Shown here one piece after another: positions 38,034 through 47,004 of a stretch of 64,000 nt of DNA. The stretch's first letter is position 1. Each line of letters opens with the position of its first letter. The position numbers and the translations under genes are program-made. Source of the DNA: an uncultured Prevotellaceae bacterium (GTDB lineage Bacteria > Bacteroidota > Bacteroidia > Bacteroidales > Bacteroidaceae); NCBI GenBank assembly GCA_900313235.1, contig OMQN01000001.1, forward strand, positions 9,145-73,144. Reading direction: 5' to 3'. The notes under the pieces were generated by a model that worked only from the letters and a program-made list of their open reading frames with translations, made no database searches and was not told the origin of the DNA.

Positions 38034-40196
38034 TCAGAATCCTACGGCGCGACGTTGGCGCAGCTCTACGGTCTGCGTATTGAACTTACGCATCGCCGCC
38101 TCCACGTCTTCCACTTCTATCCGCTGATAGGTGTCTCGTGTGAAGGCGTGAGGCATACTTACGAGCCGGTCTGCCATCGCAGGGATGATGCCGTTGTTGA
38201 CAAACTGCTCCACCCATCGGGCGTTACTGAAGTTCTTGGAGTGCTGCTTCACCATGCTGTCAATGCTCCACCTCAGCTTTTCGCGCGCCTGCTCCGACAG
38301 CACGTACTCGTCTTTTTGGAACTGCAGGTCGGCTATCTCCATCAGTTCGTCGGTGGTATAGTCGGCAAAACGGAATTTATTAGGAAATCTTCCTACGAGT
38401 CCCGGGTTCATCGACATCAGCTTGTCCATCTCCTTCTCATATCCGGCAAACACTATCAGCATGTCGGGGTCTTTCTGACTGAGCACCGTCAGCAAACATT
38501 CTACGGCATGCCTGCCGAAATCTCGGTCGTCGTCTGAGCCATATAGGGTGTAAGCCTCATCTATGAAGAGAACGTTGCCACGTGCCTCTTGCAGTATCTG
38601 CTGCATGTTGTTCTCGGTGTCACCGATGTACTGTCCCACGATGCGAGGACGGTCTACGGCTATCACCTCACCCTTAGAGAGCAGTCCCAACGAGTGGTAG
38701 ATGCGTCCGAGCATACGAGCGACGGTGGTCTTGCCCGTCCCCGGGTTGCCTGTGAAGATGGCGTGATGTACGGTAGCAGACTTGGCTGGCAGCCCCAACT
38801 GTCGGCGCTGGGCAAAGAAGCGCATGCGGTTGGCAAGTGTGGCGATGTCGTTCTTTATCTCTTTCAGACCAATCATCGCCTGCAGGTCAGCCATCGCCCG
38901 CTCGTATTCGTCGCCGCTGTCTTCGTTGGCAAAGTCGTCGATGTCTTCGGGTTGCACCTTACTGATGTCATACTGCAATGTGATTTGCATTCCGGAGATA
39001 CATCGTGTGGTGTACGCCTCAGCCATTTTCGTGACAATTTTCTCCATTTCATCGTCACCCCAGCGGGTTGCCTTACCACTCTTATATGCTCTGCTGAACA
39101 TCTTTTGTGCCTTCACCACGGCTGCGTCAGAGAGCGTCAGGTTGTGACGACTACAGCTACGCAGGAAGAGCTGCATCAGGTCTTTGTCGTCAAACTCCTC
39201 CACCACCATCCTGTTCTTTGGCTGGAAATAGTCGGTGAGCGACGGGTTCTGGTCGAGCAGTTCATCGAGTTTCTGCCTCGTCCCCATCAGTATGATACTG
39301 TAGCTCTCCGAGCGCAGGTATCGTGCCAACGTCATCAGCACGCTCTTGCCTCCCTTTCTCAGCAGAGCACCGACGTTGTGTAGCAGCAAGGTGTACTCTA
39401 TCCGTTCGTTAGGGTCCTGGCGGTCGTATTCCTCGGGGTCGAAATCTCTTTTTAACACGCCGCTCGTCCCGTAGCTGTTGCTAAGATCGGTAGCGTCGAG
39501 ACATAGCATATTACAGTCTACCGACTTATACCTCCCGGGGAAATGAGCCGCCCAGCTGAGTAGTTCGCCCAACCATGAGAGCCTGAGATTGTCTCTCGTC
39601 TCTATCATATAGTGTCGGCACAACTGTAGCTCGCTCTCGCCATAGAGGTCTCTCTGCCCGTTGAGCGTGGTCTCATGGATGCGTCGCATCATCATCGTCG
39701 TCACCTGTCGCAAACCAGGATAGCGGTATATCTCCATATATTGAGATATGCTGCAGAAGAAGTATTCCAGCAGTTCGTCCTCATCGCTCATACATTCACA
39801 TAGTGCACAGCTCACGGGAGTGAAGTTGTGGCGGTCGTCCAGCTGCCAGTTGATGAGCACAACCGTACTCTTGGCGTATCTGACCAGCATCACATACCTG
39901 CCCGCATACCACACGCTCTCGCCTTTCAGCTCCATCTTCAGTCGCCGCAGCGTCCGCATCGTATCTTTCTCGTCGGTGATAAGGCTCGACCACCCCACTA
40001 CCTGATGTCTGTCGTCGAGCATCAGTATCTTACACCGTTCGTCCTTCAGTATTGTTGTCGCAAGAGTCAGAGTCACATTCAGATTGCTAATAAAACACAC
40101 ATCATCCGCATCAATATCTTTCCTCTTCGGTTCTATCTTGATGTTTCTCAGAATAGTACCGTCGAAGAGTCTGTAATTGTCTTTTTGCTTTGTCAT
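38034..40196 (-). CDS. SpoVK/CbbX-like AAA+ ATPase with a degenerate N-terminal AAA copy
   Basis: Walker A GNPGTGKTT, VGQYIGDT, Walker B LFIDEAY, NPGLVGRF and FSNARWV; upstream half has ILMG...LDQNPSL...F remnants without a Walker A. Confidence 0.85.
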   Translation of the reverse strand: MTKQKDNYRLFDGTILRNIKIEPKRKDIDADDVCFISNLNVTLTLATTILKDERCKILMLDDRHQVVGWSSLITDEKDTMRTLRRLKMELKGESVWYAGRYVMLVRYAKSTVVLINWQLDDRHNFTPVSCALCECMSDEDELLEYFFCSISQYMEIYRYPGLRQVTTMMMRRIHETTLNGQRDLYGESELQLCRHYMIETRDNLRLSWLGELLSWAAHFPGRYKSVDCNMLCLDATDLSNSYGTSGVLKRDFDPEEYDRQDPNERIEYTLLLHNVGALLRKGGKSVLMTLARYLRSESYSIILMGTRQKLDELLDQNPSLTDYFQPKNRMVVEEFDDKDLMQLFLRSCSRHNLTLSDAAVVKAQKMFSRAYKSGKATRWGDDEMEKIVTKMAEAYTTRCISGMQITLQYDISKVQPEDIDDFANEDSGDEYERAMADLQAMIGLKEIKNDIATLANRMRFFAQRRQLGLPAKSATVHHAIFTGNPGTGKTTVARMLGRIYHSLGLLSKGEVIAVDRPRIVGQYIGDTENNMQQILQEARGNVLFIDEAYTLYGSDDDRDFGRHAVECLLTVLSQKDPDMLIVFAGYEKEMDKLMSMNPGLVGRFPNKFRFADYTTDELMEIADLQFQKDEYVLSEQAREKLRWSIDSMVKQHSKNFSNARWVEQFVNNGIIPAMADRLVSMPHAFTRDTYQRIEVEDVEAAMRKFNTQTVELRQRRAVGF

Positions 40197-40204
40197 AAAA
40201 AATC

Positions 40205-40249
40205 AACTTCTTTAACTTCTTTAAATCCCTTAACTTCTTTAACTTCTTA
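40205..40249. repeat. 5 x 9-nt tandem repeat (AACTTCTTT) directly upstream of the AAA start codon
   Basis: aacttcttt aacttcttt aaatccctt aacttcttt aacttctta. Confidence 0.85.
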
Positions 40250-40369
40250 AAAACAGAGATACAGGCTCTGACGACACACCATGAATGGGTCGTCTGCCTG
40301 GCATAGTCGGTTAAACAATCAAACAAAACAAATCTGAATGTGAACTCCTATCCACACCAATATATGTAT

Positions 40370-40388
40370 CAATATGTCAAAGAACACT
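40370..40388 (-). promoter_or_regulatory. boxA-like antitermination element in the AAA gene leader
   Basis: Minus strand AGTGTTCTTTGACATATTG matches the GYTCTTTRAnA boxA consensus and lies just 3' of a stable hairpin. Confidence 0.55.
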
Positions 40389-40752
40389 GACCTCACCATC
40401 GGGGATTACCCCGACAGCATCGTAGCCGTCACGAGACACTATCGCCTACGTCGCGTGCTTCCAAAACATTTCTTCTGTCAGTCTTCTTTGTTCTCATATA
40501 TTAGTGGGAAGTTTAGTGGTTTGGGGTGTGAAACGTTGAGTAAAAAGGTAGATGTGAGAGAATAGTATTTATCTGTTTACAATATCATAGTTCGAAATGG
40601 GGCTGCAAAGATAATTCTTTTTCTCATACCGCCAAACTTTTTCCCGACTTTTTTCATGTAGCCCCGTTTTTTCTGAACGAAAAGAACATAGACACACCTG
40701 TCGGACGAACACAGGAATGTCCCAAGTACACACCTTAAAAGACGGATTCTTT

Positions 40753-43047
40753 CTAATCGGCGAGGATGAAGTCGAGCTGGCGCTTCTCGAGGTTGGTGCG
40801 CACCACCTCTATGCGTATGGGGTCGCCAAGCTGGTAGCGGTGGTGGCGACGACGGCCTATGAGACAGTAGTTCTTCTCGTCGAAGTCGTAATAGTCGTTG
40901 CCCAGGTCGCGCATCATGATCATACCCTCGCAGTGGTTCTCGTCTATCTCGCAATAGATACCGTAGGAGGTGATGCCCGAGATGTGGGCGTCATAGACGT
41001 TGCCTATCTTGTCTTCCATAAACTCCACCATCTTATACTTGATAGACTCACGCTCGGCATTCTGGGCTATCTGCTCCATGTCAGATGAGTGCTCGCACAA
41101 GTCCTCGTACTTGTTACGGTTGGCTGACTTGCCTCCCTGCTGGTAGTGGGTGAGCAGTCTGTGGACCATCGTGTCGGGATAGCGGCGGATGGGCGACGTG
41201 AAGTGGGTGTAGTAGTCGAATGCCAGTCCGAAGTGGCCTATGTTGTGTGTAGAGTATTTGGCTTTCATCATCGTGCGCAGAGCTACCTTGTGGATGAGCT
41301 TCTCCTCCCTTGAGCCCTGACTCTCGGTGATGAGTTGGTTCATGCTGCGAGCTGTCGCACCCTTGGTGCTCGACGACTTCAGCTTGTAGCCAAACCTAGC
41401 CACGAAGGTGCGCAGGTCTTCAAACTTCTGCGGGTCGGGGTTGTCGTGTACACGATAGGGCAAGGTCTTGCCTCCACCCTCGCCAGGCTTGCCTTTTGCT
41501 CCCTTAGTTTTCTTCACCTTACCCACGCTCTCCGCAACGGTACGGTTGGCGAGCAACATGAACTCCTCGATGAGTTTGTTGGCATCCTTGGACACCTTGA
41601 AGTAGCATCGGGTAGGATGTCCCTTCTCGTCGATGTCGAACTTCATCTCCTCTGAATCGAAGTCGATGGCTCCATTCTTATACCTCTTCTTACGCAGCTC
41701 CTTAGCCAAGGCATCGAGTGTACATATCTCTTCGGCGTATTCACCGATGAAGGGGTGAGAGGAACTTGAAACATTTTGCGTTGATTGCTTAGCATTGAAC
41801 GCTGGACGAAGAGCAGGTGCAGGCTCGCCCTTTCCGTCGACGACTCCGTTTTGCTCGAGCAGGGCTTGTGCCTCCTCGTAGGCATAGCGACGGTTGCTAC
41901 GTATGATAGTGTGGACTATGCGATAGCTCTTCACGTTAGCTTCATTGTCCAAAACGAAGATGACACTATAGCACAGCTTATCCTCATCGGGACGTAACGA
42001 ACATACATAATTACAGAGGTGTTCTGGAAGCATCGGTATGGTACGGTCGACGAGATATACGGATGTTGCTCGCTTCTGCGCCTCACGGTCGATGATGTCG
42101 CCCTCCTTGACATAGTGCGACACGTCGGCAATGTGGACTCCCACCTCATAAAGTTGAGGTGAGAGTATGCGTATTGACAATGCGTCGTCGAAGTCCTTGG
42201 CATCATGAGGGTCGATGGTACAAGTCCACACGTCGCGGAAGTCCTCCCGCTCGGCTACGTCTTGTGGTGTTATCTCGCCCGTAATCTTCTTTGCAGCCTC
42301 TTCCACCTCCTTCGGATAGCGGTAGGGCAGTCCGTACTTGGCGAGTATGGCATGCATCTCGGTGGTGTTGTCGCCAGCCTGACCAAGGATGTCTATCACC
42401 TCACCTATGATGCGCTGCGAGTCTTTCGAGGGCCACGATATCACCCTGACCAGAGCCTTGTCGCCCGTCTTTCCTCCCTTCAGTTTCTTTAGCGGGATGA
42501 TGATATCGCTGGAGAAGATGTTGCTGTCGAGGTTGAGGAATGCTATCTCGGGATCTACCTCGAGATTACCTACAAACGTATCTTTCTCGTGGGAGAGTAT
42601 CTCGGTGACCATCGCCTCCTTGATATGATTGCGACGCCGAGCCATCATGGTCACACGCACACGGTCGCCATTCATAGCCCACATGGAGTTGCGTTCGGAG
42701 ACGAAGATGGGCAGGTCGCTGCCGTCGGGGATGAACGAGTTCTTACCATTGGTCTTCCTGACGAAACGTCCCTCGAGCACCTGTCCGTCGGTATTCAGCC
42801 GGTAGGCATTATCAGCCACCTTGGTGAGGAAGTCGTCCCAAGCCATCTCCTCCATCACATCGATGGCAAGCATCTTCAGCGGATGGGTGTTGAGACGTAG
42901 CTCCTTGAATATCTGTTTGAAACTGAAAGTCACACCTGCATGTTGCTGGAAAAAGCCAGAGAGCAACTCTTCCATCTGTGCTTTGTTATGGTATTTTCCA
43001 CCCTTTCGTAGTCTCCCCGCATTCTTAGAATTCTTACTTGTTGCCAT
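40753..43047 (-). CDS. rnr: ribonuclease R
   Basis: CSD domains, TIDPHDAKDFDDALS, VHIADVS, YTHFTSPIRRYPD and C-terminal S1. Confidence 0.95.
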   Translation of the reverse strand: MATSKNSKNAGRLRKGGKYHNKAQMEELLSGFFQQHAGVTFSFKQIFKELRLNTHPLKMLAIDVMEEMAWDDFLTKVADNAYRLNTDGQVLEGRFVRKTNGKNSFIPDGSDLPIFVSERNSMWAMNGDRVRVTMMARRRNHIKEAMVTEILSHEKDTFVGNLEVDPEIAFLNLDSNIFSSDIIIPLKKLKGGKTGDKALVRVISWPSKDSQRIIGEVIDILGQAGDNTTEMHAILAKYGLPYRYPKEVEEAAKKITGEITPQDVAEREDFRDVWTCTIDPHDAKDFDDALSIRILSPQLYEVGVHIADVSHYVKEGDIIDREAQKRATSVYLVDRTIPMLPEHLCNYVCSLRPDEDKLCYSVIFVLDNEANVKSYRIVHTIIRSNRRYAYEEAQALLEQNGVVDGKGEPAPALRPAFNAKQSTQNVSSSSHPFIGEYAEEICTLDALAKELRKKRYKNGAIDFDSEEMKFDIDEKGHPTRCYFKVSKDANKLIEEFMLLANRTVAESVGKVKKTKGAKGKPGEGGGKTLPYRVHDNPDPQKFEDLRTFVARFGYKLKSSSTKGATARSMNQLITESQGSREEKLIHKVALRTMMKAKYSTHNIGHFGLAFDYYTHFTSPIRRYPDTMVHRLLTHYQQGGKSANRNKYEDLCEHSSDMEQIAQNAERESIKYKMVEFMEDKIGNVYDAHISGITSYGIYCEIDENHCEGMIMMRDLGNDYYDFDEKNYCLIGRRRHHRYQLGDPIRIEVVRTNLEKRQLDFILAD

Positions 43048-43133
43048 AGCTTTTTAGTTGTTTTTGTTGTAGGTACGACAAAAGTAATGAATTATTTTGT
43101 ACTTTTGCAAGCGAAAAGCGACTTTTTTTTATA

Positions 43134-44135
43134 ATGAAAAGAATTCTGATAACAGGAGCAAGCGGTTTCATCGGCAGTTTCATCGTCGAGGAGGCTCTCC
43201 GCCAAGGCATGGAGACATGGGCAGCTGTGAGGTCTTCCAGCTCGAGGGCATACCTCAACGACCAACGAATCAACTTCATAGAACTGGACCTCAGCGACGA
43301 GCAGCGACTCACAGAGCAACTCAAGGACCACCAGTTCGACTATGTCGTTCATGCTGCCGGCGTGACAAAATGTATCAACAAGGATGACTTCCGACGGGTG
43401 AATACCGAGGGGACACGACACCTGGTAGCTGCCCTGAGGGCGCTTCGGATGCCGATAGAGCGATTTGTGTTCCTGAGCAGCCTCAGCGTGATGGGGGCTA
43501 TACGCGAACAACAACCATATACCGAGATCAGAGAAGACGACACGCCACAGCCGAATACAGCATACGGCAAGAGTAAGCTGGAGGCGGAAGAGACCTTGAA
43601 AGTGAGGAGCGAGGAGCAATTTCCTTATGTGATACTGCGACCGACAGGTGTGTATGGCCCCAGGGAGAAGGACTATTTCATCATGGCAAAGAGCATTAAG
43701 GGACATAGCGACTTCGCCGTGGGATATAAACCGCAGGACATCACCTTCGTCTATGTCAAGGATGTGGTACAAGCTGTCTTCCTTGCCTTAGATCACGGCA
43801 AGACGGGACGCGCCTATTTTCTGAGCGATGGAAAGGTGTATCGCAGCGCCACCTTCAGCAACCTGATACGCCGAGAATTGGGCAACCCGTGGTGGATACG
43901 CATCACCGCACCGATATGGATACTACGAATAGTAACTGCCGTAGGCGACATCATCGGCAGGCTGAGCGGAAAGGCTATCGCACTGAACAACGACAAATAC
44001 CATATCCTGAGACAACGCAACTGGCGCTGTGACATACAACCTGCAATCGACGAACTGGGATACAAGCCGCAATACGACTTGGAACGAGGGGTCAGGGAGA
44101 CCATCGCATGGTATAAGAAGGAGGGGTGGATTTAG
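43134..44135 (+). CDS. NAD-dependent epimerase/dehydratase (extended SDR)
   Basis: TGASGFIG, HAAG, YGKSK and LRPTGVYGP. Confidence 0.88.
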   Translation: MKRILITGASGFIGSFIVEEALRQGMETWAAVRSSSSRAYLNDQRINFIELDLSDEQRLTEQLKDHQFDYVVHAAGVTKCINKDDFRRVNTEGTRHLVAALRALRMPIERFVFLSSLSVMGAIREQQPYTEIREDDTPQPNTAYGKSKLEAEETLKVRSEEQFPYVILRPTGVYGPREKDYFIMAKSIKGHSDFAVGYKPQDITFVYVKDVVQAVFLALDHGKTGRAYFLSDGKVYRSATFSNLIRRELGNPWWIRITAPIWILRIVTAVGDIIGRLSGKAIALNNDKYHILRQRNWRCDIQPAIDELGYKPQYDLERGVRETIAWYKKEGWI

Positions 44136-44170
44136 TTTTTAGTTTTTGGTTTTTAGTTTTTAGTTTTTGG
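44131..44170. repeat. 7-nt tandem repeat (TTTAGTT/TTTGGTT) filling the whole intergenic gap
   Basis: tttagtt tttagtt tttggtt tttagtt tttagtt tttgg. Confidence 0.85.
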
Positions 44171-45156
44171 AAAGAGTGAAGGAATTATTTAAGATAGAGA
44201 AGAATCCTAAGAAGGGACTGCTGGCTGCGGAGTGGGCAATGATGGCATATCTTGTATTCACCCTGCTGATGGCATTATTGCTGTCAACAAAGCTACCCAA
44301 TCCCGAGATGATAATATGGGGACGAGCTAAAATAATATTCATGACAGCCGCACTATGGCTGGTATACAGGATTGTACCCTGCCGCTTCACCCGACTGGTG
44401 CGCATCGGAGCACAGATGGGACTATTGGCTTGGTGGTATCCAGACACCTACGAGTTCAACCGTATATTCCCCAACCTCGACCATGTCTTCGCAGCATGGG
44501 AGCAAGACCTCTTCGGATGCCAGCCGGCAATAGTGTTCTCACAGTCGGTGACGAGTGCCGTGGTGAGCGAACTGTTCGACCTTGGCTATTGGGCATACTA
44601 CTACATGATAGCCCTGGTGGTAGTATACTACTTCGGGTGGCGCTATCACGAGTTTGAAAGAGCCGCATTCATAGTCCTCGCGGCATTCTTCATCTACTAT
44701 CTTGTGTTCATCTTCATACCAGTAACAGGACCAACCTTCTACTACAAAGCAGCAGGACTGAAGAACATCATGGCAGGAGTCTTCCCTAACGTACATGACT
44801 ACTTCAACTTCCATCAAGACTGTCTGCCTGCACCAGGCTATCAGGACGGAGTGTTCTATCATCTCGTAGAGGGAGCCAAGGCTGCCGGAGAAAGACCCAC
44901 CGCCGCATTCCCCAGTTCGCACATAGGCATCTCCACCATCATTATGTGGCTGCTCATCCATGCTCGCAACTGGCGACTGATGTGGATACTCATGCCATTA
45001 TATATATGCCTGTGTTGTGCCACAGTATACATACAAGCCCACTATCTCGTCGACGCCATTGGCGGACTGATAAGTGGCACGCTGCTATACTTCATCCTGC
45101 TCTTCTGCTCGAAGAATATGGTGACATCAATAAATACAAAGAAAAAAAGACGATAA
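44167..45156 (+). CDS. PAP2-superfamily membrane phosphoesterase/phosphotransferase (Aur1/IPC-synthase-like)
   Basis: Multiple TM helices, P..GP, AAFPSSH and YIQAHYLVDAIGG; start codon uncertain (TTG 44167 or GTG 44176). Confidence 0.75.
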   Translation: MERVKELFKIEKNPKKGLLAAEWAMMAYLVFTLLMALLLSTKLPNPEMIIWGRAKIIFMTAALWLVYRIVPCRFTRLVRIGAQMGLLAWWYPDTYEFNRIFPNLDHVFAAWEQDLFGCQPAIVFSQSVTSAVVSELFDLGYWAYYYMIALVVVYYFGWRYHEFERAAFIVLAAFFIYYLVFIFIPVTGPTFYYKAAGLKNIMAGVFPNVHDYFNFHQDCLPAPGYQDGVFYHLVEGAKAAGERPTAAFPSSHIGISTIIMWLLIHARNWRLMWILMPLYICLCCATVYIQAHYLVDAIGGLISGTLLYFILLFCSKNMVTSINTKKKRR

Positions 45157-45169
45157 CAAAGAAAAGACT

Positions 45170-46486
45170 ATGAAGAAACTATATATCGAGACCTACGGAT
45201 GCCAAATGAACGTGGCTGACTCTGAGGTGGTAGCCTCAATAATGAAGATGGCTGGCTACGACGTATGTGACACTGCAGAAGACGCTGATGCCATCTTCCT
45301 GAACACATGCTCAGTACGCGACAATGCCGAACAGAAGATATTTCATCGCTTAGAGGCGCTCAACAACCTAAAGAACAAAAGGAAAACCACGCCACCACTC
45401 ATCATCGGAGTATTAGGCTGCATGGCAGAACGAGTGAAGGAAGACCTGCTGGAGAACCACCACTGCGACCTCGTGGCAGGACCAGACGCATACCTCACCC
45501 TGCCCGACCTGATAGCACAGGCAGAGACGGGACACAAAGCCATCAACATCGAACTCTCAACCACTGAGACATACAAGGACGTAGTGCCACAACGACTACA
45601 CGGAGCACGACTGGGCGGATTTGTGAGCATCATGCGAGGCTGTAACAACTTCTGCCATTACTGTATCGTACCATACACCAGAGGCAGAGAGCGCAGCCGT
45701 AGCGTGGAGAGCATACTGCGCGAAGTGGCTGACCTGAGAGACCGAGGCTATAAGGAAGTGACCCTGCTGGGACAGAATGTCAACTCGTATATGGACAAGA
45801 CTGGTACCACGTTCCCCCAACTCCTGCGTATGGTTGCCGAGACTGCTCCCAACATGAGAGTGCGCTTCACCACATCACACCCGAAGGACATGAGCGACGA
45901 GACACTACACGTGATTGCCGATGTGCCAAACATCTGCAAACAGATACACCTGCCAGTACAGAGTGGCTCCGACAAGATACTGAAGCTCATGAACCGTAAA
46001 TATACCCGTGAGTGGTATCTCGACCGCGTGGCAGCCATCCGTCGCATCATCCCCGACTGCGGACTTTCGACCGACATCTTCGTGGGATATCACGATGAAA
46101 CCGAAGAAGATCACCAGATGAGCCTCGACCTAATGAGAGAAGTGGGATATGACTCAGCCTTCATGTTCAAATACTCGGAGCGTCCAGGCACCTACGCCTC
46201 AAAGCACCTACCCGACAACGTACCGGAAGACGTGAAGATACGCCGTCTCAACGAGCTCATCGCTCTGCAGACAGAGATGTCAGCAATAGCCAACAAGCGT
46301 GATGAAGGCAAAGAGTTTGATGTTCTCATAGAGAACTTCAGCAAGCGTAGCCGCGAACAGCTGTGCGGTCGCACCGAACAAGGCAAGATGGTAGTCTTCG
46401 ACAAAGGCACCCACCATATCGGAGAGATCGTTCGTGTGAGAATTACCGGTTCCACCAGCGCCACACTCTTCGGAGAGTGTGAGTGA
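45170..46486 (+). CDS. miaB: tRNA-2-methylthio-N6-dimethylallyladenosine synthase MiaB
   Basis: TYGCQMNVADSE, NTCSVR, GCNNFCHYC (CxxxCxxC) and TRAM domain. Confidence 0.95.
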   Translation: MKKLYIETYGCQMNVADSEVVASIMKMAGYDVCDTAEDADAIFLNTCSVRDNAEQKIFHRLEALNNLKNKRKTTPPLIIGVLGCMAERVKEDLLENHHCDLVAGPDAYLTLPDLIAQAETGHKAINIELSTTETYKDVVPQRLHGARLGGFVSIMRGCNNFCHYCIVPYTRGRERSRSVESILREVADLRDRGYKEVTLLGQNVNSYMDKTGTTFPQLLRMVAETAPNMRVRFTTSHPKDMSDETLHVIADVPNICKQIHLPVQSGSDKILKLMNRKYTREWYLDRVAAIRRIIPDCGLSTDIFVGYHDETEEDHQMSLDLMREVGYDSAFMFKYSERPGTYASKHLPDNVPEDVKIRRLNELIALQTEMSAIANKRDEGKEFDVLIENFSKRSREQLCGRTEQGKMVVFDKGTHHIGEIVRVRITGSTSATLFGECE

Positions 46487-46630
46487 AAAAGTGAAAAGTG
46501 AAAAGTGAAATATTCTCTATTTTGCAAAAAAATCGCCTATATATAAATATGAATGCGCGATACTAATTCCACCCCATATTGAAAATTTAATCTTTATGTT
46601 ATTTCACTTTTCACTTTTTCACTTTTTCAC
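46483..46630. repeat. inverted pair of GTGAAAA-heptamer arrays (about 30-bp arms, 87-bp AT-rich spacer)
   Basis: gtgaaaaagtgaaaagtgaaaagtgaaata ... tatttcacttttcactttttcactttttcac. Confidence 0.8.
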
Positions 46631-46754
46631 CCATACACATTTTTATGCAAATGGAATATCTATTTATTATGAATAAATATCCTTTTTATTTTAGCCCGAA
46701 TTTGTAAACAATTCAGAAAACATTCACTCCGAAGAGGAATTACCTGAAATAATG

Positions 46755-46786
46755 TTTGCAACCCCATAATATGCTTCGTATCTTTG
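46755..46786 (+). promoter_or_regulatory. complete Bacteroidota promoter (TTTG-N20-TATCTTTG) not directly followed by a CDS
   Basis: TTTG at 46755-46758 and TATCTTTG at 46779-46786. Confidence 0.6.
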
Positions 46787-47004
46787 CAAAGTGAAAGACG
46801 GAAAGCCCCCTCTCCAATCCTCCTCGACGAGGGAACAGCACAGATAGGAATCAGCTGCAGATGAGAAAAAATGAAAAAGGGACGGTTCCCCGTTCACATG
46901 GTGAGGGGGTTGGGTGCTACAATTAAGGATTTAAAATGAAAAATGAAAAAAGTTAGTGTTATCGTTAGAGTTATTGTTTTTTATTTGTACCTTTGCAAAA
47001 ATTA

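Noticed and set aside
40300-40620. rRNA operon remnant suggested by the boxA
   Set aside because: No 16S/23S/5S or tRNA sequence recognisable nearby
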